A stretch of DNA of 32,000 nucleotides from Phycisphaera mikurensis NBRC 102666. Lineage in GTDB: Bacteria > Planctomycetota > Phycisphaerae > Phycisphaerales > Phycisphaeraceae. Location of the stretch: the NCBI RefSeq assembly GCF_000284115.1, contig NC_017080.1:750001-782000 (forward strand), read 5' to 3'. The notes beneath the pieces were generated by a model, which saw only the letters and a list, made by a program, of their open reading frames with translations, ran no database searches and was not told the origin of the DNA. Shown in pieces: positions 26,299 through 32,000 of this stretch (positions are counted from its first letter, which is position 1; every line of letters starts with the position of its first letter). A program made the translations under genes and the position numbers.

Positions 26299-28192
26299 AA
26301 GTGGCGGCTCCGGAAGGGGCGGTGGTGGTTTCGGTGCCGGCGGCGTCTCGATCGCCGGCTTCGGTGTCAAGCCCCCCGGGAACACGCTTGCGGAAGAAGT
26401 CCTGCGTCTGGTGGTGATAGCCGATCGCGAAGAGGCCCTGGTCCTCCATCGCGAGGTGGCGGGGGAAGCCGTCGAGGCGGTCGAAGACCTCGCCGATCTG
26501 CTTCTCCAGCCAGACGGCGCGGCCGGGACTCTCGCGGCGGAGCTTCCCGGCGTGGTTGCCGTTGAGCCGCGAGAGGCGGGGGAAGACCGCCGCGGGCGTG
26601 GAGGAGGCGGTGGCGAAGAAGCTGTCCCGGATCGTCCGGTTCAGGCCCTTGCCCTGAGCTTCCTGTTGGGCACGCTCGTACAGGGCGAAGAGACGCCCGA
26701 GGACGTAGGGCGGGTCGCTGCGGTCGGGATCGAGAGCCACGGGGATCTCCGGCTTGTGGGGGAAGAGGCGGTTGAGCCAGGCCCGCAGGATCGCGGCGCG
26801 GTTGGCGTTGACGACGGGATCGGCCCGCATCCGCCGGAGCACGCCGGCGGCGAGGTTCTGCGGGTAGGGAACACCGGTGAGGACCGCGCGGAGGAGGTCG
26901 CCCTCCAACCGCGGCGGAACGTCCTTGGCGTCGCGGACGGTCTCGCGGAGCATCGCCTGGACGCTGAGCGGGCGGTCGTCGTCGCGGCGGCCGACGATCT
27001 CCAATCCGCGGACGTGCGCAGCGAGGTGCTCCGCGAACGCTCCAGTGGTGGAACGGAGGAAGAAGCGGATGCTGATCCTTGCCGCGTTGGGGGCGAGGCC
27101 GAGGAGGAAGAAGCGGTGGCCCGGCTCCTCGAGTTCCGCGGACTGAGCGGCCGGGAGGCCCTGACGCAGCCGGTGGAGGAAGCCGGAGACGGCGGTCCGC
27201 GTCTCGTGGGCGGTGGGGGAGTCGTCGATGAAGCCGCTCTTGTTTGCCGCGTAGAGGAAGTCGTTCACCAACCCCGTTGCGAGCGGGGCGATCGGGTTGG
27301 ACGCTCGCTCCGACCACAGCACGCAGGTGGTGTCGCCGAGGCGGATGCGGCTGCGTTCGTCGCCGAGCAGGTGGTTGAGCGCAGTGCAGTAGGCGAAGGC
27401 GGCGGCCTCGGAGGTCGGGGCATTGCGACCGTCGGTGTGACCTTGCGAGAGATAAGCAGAATCGTTGAAGGAGACGATCAGGCCGCCGGAGGACTGGCCG
27501 CCGAGCACGCCCTTGATCTTGGGCTCGTGCAAGCGAGCGAGCGGGCCGGTGCGGCCGGTGACCAAGCACATGCCGGCGGGCGCCGCGTCGTCGCCGGCTG
27601 CGGCGTCGGCTGGCGCCTCCAGCGTGGCCCGCCAAAACGCGTCGACGGCGGGCCGCTCGTGGACGTCTTGCCGCTCGCCGCTGAGGCGGAAGACGCCGAA
27701 GCCGGGGCCGTCGAGGTTCTCGCGGCCGGGCGTGTCCGGGAGGCGGGCCGGATCCCACGCTTCCAGGAAGCGGCAGACGGCGGCGTAGCCCGCATCGTCG
27801 ATGGCCTCCTCCAGCGCCAGGTGCCGCTCCCGCAGGGCGGCGAAGCTCTCGGCGGCCCGGGCGACCTTCTTCTCGTCTTCGGGATCGGCGGGCAGGCCCA
27901 GCAGGTACGCGGGGTTGTCCCAGAGGAAGCAGGGGTTCAGGCCCGAGCCGGACGGCTTCGCCTGCCCCGGCACGATCCGCTCCGCCGGCCGCGGCTTTCC
28001 CTTGCCGCCGCTCTCCTGCATGCGGGACTCGATCTGCACGAGTGAGCCGTCGGGCTCGAGCACCACGGCGAAGCTGACCTTCTGCTGGCTGTAGCCGTAG
28101 CGGGCGATGCGCGGGGCGGTGTCGCTGCCGTGGGCGCGTTCCTCCTGGGCGACGAGGCGGTCGTAGTGCTCGGCGAGGGCCTGGAGGATCAT
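26291..28192 (-). CDS. cas8c: Type I-C Cascade large subunit Cas8c (Csd1)
   Basis: 633 aa: [16 protein letters not shown]...[23 protein letters not shown]...[46 protein letters not shown]. Confidence 0.95.
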   Translation of the reverse strand: MILQALAEHYDRLVAQEERAHGSDTAPRIARYGYSQQKVSFAVVLEPDGSLVQIESRMQESGGKGKPRPAERIVPGQAKPSGSGLNPCFLWDNPAYLLGLPADPEDEKKVARAAESFAALRERHLALEEAIDDAGYAAVCRFLEAWDPARLPDTPGRENLDGPGFGVFRLSGERQDVHERPAVDAFWRATLEAPADAAAGDDAAPAGMCLVTGRTGPLARLHEPKIKGVLGGQSSGGLIVSFNDSAYLSQGHTDGRNAPTSEAAAFAYCTALNHLLGDERSRIRLGDTTCVLWSERASNPIAPLATGLVNDFLYAANKSGFIDDSPTAHETRTAVSGFLHRLRQGLPAAQSAELEEPGHRFFLLGLAPNAARISIRFFLRSTTGAFAEHLAAHVRGLEIVGRRDDDRPLSVQAMLRETVRDAKDVPPRLEGDLLRAVLTGVPYPQNLAAGVLRRMRADPVVNANRAAILRAWLNRLFPHKPEIPVALDPDRSDPPYVLGRLFALYERAQQEAQGKGLNRTIRDSFFATASSTPAAVFPRLSRLNGNHAGKLRRESPGRAVWLEKQIGEVFDRLDGFPRHLAMEDQGLFAIGYHHQTQDFFRKRVPGGLDTEAGDRDAAGTETTTAPSGAATYA

Positions 28193-28878
28193 GCGACCAC
28201 CTCCGGGAGCGAGCCCTCGCCACCCGTGTCAACGGCCGCAGCGGGGTGCATCGGGGGCACGTCGATCACGCCGTCGACCATCTTCGCCCGGAAGAAGCGG
28301 GCGGCGCGGTCACGCGTGTAGTCGAAGTCGAGCATCGTCCAGCCGAGGTCGATCTCGCCTTGCAGCTCCTCCGGGCACGCGGGCGGGGCCGCGGGATCGG
28401 CCGGCTCGAAGTCGGCGAGGAACTCGCGGCAGCCCAGGTACGGGTGTTGGAAGCACTGCCCTTTCTTCGCCCGGCGGTTGAACTGGTCGAGGTGCTTGCC
28501 GGGGGTGCGGGGGCCCGAGAGGATGTCGAAGCGGGCCTGGATGACGTATGCCACGTCACGCAGCAGCGTGGCCGCCCGTTGCTGCCGCTCGTCCTCGACG
28601 GTGATCCCCAGCGTTCCGCGACCGGCTTTCATCGCCGACCTCGCGTTGGTGGCGGAGGCCTTTGCGCCGACTTCGTTGCGGCGGAGCGTGGTCCAGCGGA
28701 TCGGCTTCAGCACGCGGATCCGCTCGATCACCCACCGGATCTCCGGCTTCCAGTAGATCGCCTCCAGCACGCCGCGGGCGGCGGAGGGGGTGATGACGTC
28801 GTAGCTGACCCGCTCGACCTTCATCTCGGGCCGGGTGAAGCACGCGAGGTCGCCGGAGACTTGAAGATAAATGGACAT
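28189..28878 (-). CDS. cas5c: Type I-C Cas5c (Csd5), repeat-processing nuclease and Cascade subunit
   Basis: MSIYLQVSGDLACFTRPEMKVERVSYDVITPSAARGVLEAIYWKPEIRWVIERIRVLKPIRWTTLRRNEVG. Confidence 0.95.
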   Translation of the reverse strand: MSIYLQVSGDLACFTRPEMKVERVSYDVITPSAARGVLEAIYWKPEIRWVIERIRVLKPIRWTTLRRNEVGAKASATNARSAMKAGRGTLGITVEDERQQRAATLLRDVAYVIQARFDILSGPRTPGKHLDQFNRRAKKGQCFQHPYLGCREFLADFEPADPAAPPACPEELQGEIDLGWTMLDFDYTRDRAARFFRAKMVDGVIDVPPMHPAAAVDTGGEGSLPEVVA

Positions 28879-28989
28879 GGCCGGAAACCCCTGGTGCGTG
28901 TCGGCGGATTGTCTACCAGATGTCCCGGGGGGTCTACGGCCGATCGCCGCCGCCGCGGACAGCGTGGTGTCCGCGCCGCGGAAGGCGGA

Positions 28990-31305
28990 TCAGCAAACCA
29001 GCCCGCCCGGGGCGTTCAGCACGTCGTCCCGCAGGCCCAGCGCCTCGTCGTACGCCTCGGGCCGGAGCAGGTAGAAGGCCGGCTCCTCGCCCTCGGGGGT
29101 GAAGCCGGGCCGGATCACGGCGTTCTCGTCGAGCCGGTCGCGCTGGTTGTGGTAGACCGCGACAGTGTGCCGCTGGGCCTCGCGGAGGAGGTCGAAGCGT
29201 GGCTCCTCCGCCTCGGTCAATGCCGCAACGATCCGCCGGCCCTCCTCGCTGTAAGGCACGACGACCGGCGTGGTGGCGCTGTCGATCCAGCGGAAGCGGG
29301 AGGCGGCCTCGCGGAAGTTGTGGTGGTGCGCATCGGTCCCGTCCCGCTGGTCTGGCAGGAAGCCGCCGAAGCAGGGCATCACGTCGTGGGTGTCCCAGGG
29401 CGTCACCCCCGGCCCGGGGTTCTTCCAGAGGTGCTCCTCGAAGTAGGCGCGGATCGCCTCCGGCTGCAGCGGGTCGGGGTGGGCGGAGAGCAGCCCCCGG
29501 GCGATTTCCACGCCGCTCTTGACGCCTGGAGGCGGAGCGTGATCGGTCTCGAAGACGACGACGCGGCCAAGACCGCTCAGCCGGCCCTCGCGGTTGGCCC
29601 GGCCGGCGGCCTGGGCGACGGAGTCGAAGCCGGCGAGGGCCCGGTACACGACGGGGAAGTCGACGTCGACGCCGGCCTCCACCACCGTGGTGGAGATCAC
29701 CAGGCAGGGCTCGCCCGCACGCAGCCGCCGCTTCACCTCCGCGACGCGGTCGCTGCGGTGGGCCGGGCACATCGCGGCGGAGAGGTGCAGGGCATCGGGT
29801 CGACGCTCCCGCAGCCGCTCCAGCACGGCGGCGGCGTGTCTGCGGGCGTTGACGATGCACAGGGCCGCGGGCTCGCGGGCGAGGCGGTCGGCGAGTTCCT
29901 CGTCGGTGAGGTGTCCGGCGGGCTCGACCGCCACCCGCCGCATCGCCTCGAAGAGCCGCTCGGGCTCGGGAACGATGCGGGTGATCCGCTCGGGCGGGAT
30001 GCCGATGGCGAAGCCCTCCCGCCGGGCAACGGCGGGCTGCGTGGCGGTGCAGAGAACGACGGTGCAGCCGAAGTTGCGGACGAGCTCATCGAGTGCGGCG
30101 AGCACCGGCCGCATCAGGCCGGGCGGGATCGCTTGCGCCTCGTCGAGGATCAGGATGGCGTTGGCGAGCCGGTGCAGCTTGCGGCAGGGCGTGCCGTGGC
30201 TGGCGAACAGCGACTCGAAGAGCTGCACGTTGGTGGTGACGACCAGCGGGGCCGCCCAGTTCTCGGTGGCGAGCTGGGCGGCGAAAGACACGCCCCCGGG
30301 GTCGAGGCTGCTGTGGTGCTCGAGCACGACGGGTTCGCCACGCCGCGCCTCCAGGTCGCGGAAAACCTCCCGGTACCTCTCGGCGGTCTGCTCGATGATG
30401 CTTGTGAACGGCAGGGCGCAGACGATGCGCCGCTGGCCGGTGTGGCGGGCGTGGTCGAGCGCGAAACGGAGCGAGGCGAGCGTCTTGCCGCCGCCGGTGG
30501 GCACCTCCAACGTGAACCAGCCGGCGCCCTTCTTCGCGGCCGCGCGGCACGCGGCCAGCACGCCGGCCCGGGCGGCATCGACGGGCGACGGATCGCCCGT
30601 GCGGCCCGCCAGCAGCTCCGCCATCGACGCATCGAGCGCCGCGGACATCGCTTCCGCGTCGAGGTCCGGTCGCGCGGGCCGCCGGGCGTGCCCCGCGGGG
30701 TCGCTGAACCGCTGCGTGCAGAGCCGGTCGGCGTCGACCAGGCAGCTGAAGAGCATCCGTGTGAGGAAGGCGGTGGTGTGGCCGCCGAGCTCCTCCGCTC
30801 CGGGCCAGCGGATCGGTCCGACGGCCGCGGCTTGCGCGTCGTCCCAGGGGCTTTCGAAGCCGGGATCGTGCGGCTCGATGCGCTTGCGCTGCGGATCGAG
30901 CCGAGCCTCCAGGTCGCGGTCGCGAGCGGCGTCGGTCTGCCAGTCGGGCAGGTGCCCGTGGTGGCCGGCGACCGCGGCGGCGAGGCACGGCCCCAGCACG
31001 GGGCCGAGTTGATCCGCGGCGTAGCGCGCCCCGGCCGTGGCGTGGTCGACGCGTGCCCGGGGCCGCTGTGCCTCGCCCTCGGCTGCCGCCTCGTCGACCC
31101 CCGCTCCCAGCACCTTTTCCTGGAAGGCGAAGGTGGCTTTGCCGAGATCGTGCCAACGCCCGAGCGCATGCGCGAGCGGGCCGCACCCGAACGCTTCGCC
31201 GAATGCCGAAGCCGCGTCCGCGACTTCGCGGAGGTGGGTCGCGAGCGGTTCCCAGTGCTCGCGGCCGGCGGGGTGGGTGTGCGCGTAGAACATGCACCGC
31301 AGCAT
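28990..31305 (-). CDS. cas3: CRISPR-associated helicase/nuclease Cas3 (HD + SF2 helicase)
   Basis: WHDLGKATFAFQEKVL, DHATAGARYAAD, VAGHHGHLPD (HD); VPTGGGKTLASLRFALDHA (Walker A), ILDEAQAIPP (DEAQ box), STTVVEAGVDVDFPVVYR. Confidence 0.96.
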   Translation of the reverse strand: MLRCMFYAHTHPAGREHWEPLATHLREVADAASAFGEAFGCGPLAHALGRWHDLGKATFAFQEKVLGAGVDEAAAEGEAQRPRARVDHATAGARYAADQLGPVLGPCLAAAVAGHHGHLPDWQTDAARDRDLEARLDPQRKRIEPHDPGFESPWDDAQAAAVGPIRWPGAEELGGHTTAFLTRMLFSCLVDADRLCTQRFSDPAGHARRPARPDLDAEAMSAALDASMAELLAGRTGDPSPVDAARAGVLAACRAAAKKGAGWFTLEVPTGGGKTLASLRFALDHARHTGQRRIVCALPFTSIIEQTAERYREVFRDLEARRGEPVVLEHHSSLDPGGVSFAAQLATENWAAPLVVTTNVQLFESLFASHGTPCRKLHRLANAILILDEAQAIPPGLMRPVLAALDELVRNFGCTVVLCTATQPAVARREGFAIGIPPERITRIVPEPERLFEAMRRVAVEPAGHLTDEELADRLAREPAALCIVNARRHAAAVLERLRERRPDALHLSAAMCPAHRSDRVAEVKRRLRAGEPCLVISTTVVEAGVDVDFPVVYRALAGFDSVAQAAGRANREGRLSGLGRVVVFETDHAPPPGVKSGVEIARGLLSAHPDPLQPEAIRAYFEEHLWKNPGPGVTPWDTHDVMPCFGGFLPDQRDGTDAHHHNFREAASRFRWIDSATTPVVVPYSEEGRRIVAALTEAEEPRFDLLREAQRHTVAVYHNQRDRLDENAVIRPGFTPEGEEPAFYLLRPEAYDEALGLRDDVLNAPGGLVC

Positions 31306-31455
31306 GGCGACCAGGCGGAGCTGCGTCCTCCTCGCGCGGGCGGATCCTCCCGCAGTGCAGGGAGCCGCCGACGGCGGACCCTCGGCGGGATCCGCCCGCC
31401 GCGGACCGTGGGGTCTTGGGGCTGGAAACGCTGCCGGTCCGCGGATTCTGCTCGC

Positions 31456-32000
31456 TCAGGGTTCCTGCTGGATGCCGCTGCCGTCGCCGACGCACTCGGT
31501 GCCGAAGAGGAACTCGCCCTCGCGGCGGGGGCGGCGGCCGCGGACCATGAGGTTGGGGCGCTGGGCCGACTGGCCGCGGGTCTGCCGGTTCAGCGGGTGC
31601 TTGTAGCCGACGCGGACGAGCCGGCGCATGTCGTTCGTGCGGTTCACGTGGCTGCCGTGGACGGTGAGGATGTTGAAGACGACCAGGTCGCCGGCCTTGG
31701 CGGGCACCGGGTCGGTGTCGTCCAGCGAGAAGCGCTCCCAGGGCAGGTGCGGCGTGCAGGGCACGGTCTCGCCGGCGTCGTTGCGGTGCTCGGTGACGTG
31801 CTCCAGCGGCCCGAGCTTGTGCGAGCCGCTGACGAAGCGGATCTCGCCGTTCTCGTGGCGGGTGTCGTCGAGGTGGACGAGCGCGTCGACGTAGCGGGCG
31901 TCGGCGTGGTCGTAGAAGGCGAGGTCTTGGTGCATCGGGAAGGGGTGGCCGGTCTCCGGCGGCTTCACGTGCATCGTGGAGTGGTGCAGCTCGACGGGGG
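31456..32000 (-). CDS. Phytanoyl-CoA dioxygenase (PhyH)-family protein, N-terminus beyond window
   Basis: PVELHHSTMHVKPPETGHPFPMHQDLAFYDHADARYVDALVHLDDTRHENGEIRFVSGSHKLG...AKAGDLVVFNILTVHGSHVNRTNDMRRLVRVGY (HxD...H motif). Confidence 0.88.
   Translation of the reverse strand, partial: PVELHHSTMHVKPPETGHPFPMHQDLAFYDHADARYVDALVHLDDTRHENGEIRFVSGSHKLGPLEHVTEHRNDAGETVPCTPHLPWERFSLDDTDPVPAKAGDLVVFNILTVHGSHVNRTNDMRRLVRVGYKHPLNRQTRGQSAQRPNLMVRGRRPRREGEFLFGTECVGDGSGIQQEP

Noticed and set aside
25333-26565. 410-aa + strand ORF beginning MKYFAGETQQDPVF, overlapping the pseudo-spacer
   Set aside because: Antisense to cas7c throughout, with typical shadow-ORF composition. The start region is better explained by the pseudo-repeat/pseudo-spacer.

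Overview
High-GC window, probably planctomycete-like (inference from gene content; no database search was run). Left part (1-18.5 kb): an Mrp/Mnh cation/proton antiporter operon on the - strand, a REP-associated (Y1/IS200-type) transposase, a PilZ-like protein, a fused uroporphyrinogen-III methyltransferase/synthase, an isochorismatase-family hydrolase, a histone-H1-like small protein, a FabZ-like dehydratase, a GH42 beta-galactosidase, a Gfo/Idh/MocA oxidoreductase, tRNA-Asp(GTC), a LarA-like protein and a secreted GH30-like glycosidase. Right part: a complete type I-C CRISPR-Cas locus on the - strand (cas3-cas5c-cas8c-cas7c-cas4-cas1-cas2-leader-array). By manual count the array has 61 full 32-nt repeats plus one degenerate terminal repeat. 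A partial phytanoyl-CoA-dioxygenase-like gene closes the window. The most notable observation is in the unusually long 343-bp gap between cas7 and cas4. It holds a small opposite-strand ORF, followed by a truncated I-C repeat (25315-25339) in the opposite orientation to the array. The sequence after that pseudo-repeat (ACTTTGCTGGC...) matches a site about 240 bp away (25083-25103). That site has a TTC PAM, and the first 11 nt match except at position 6, which is flipped out in type I R-loops. The site lies just upstream of cas4 and at the 5' end of the small ORF. This is the layout expected for a CreTA-like or CreR-like Cascade-guided regulatory/addiction element, here inside a type I-C cas operon. 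Two overlapping spacers in the array independently point to TTC as the PAM.
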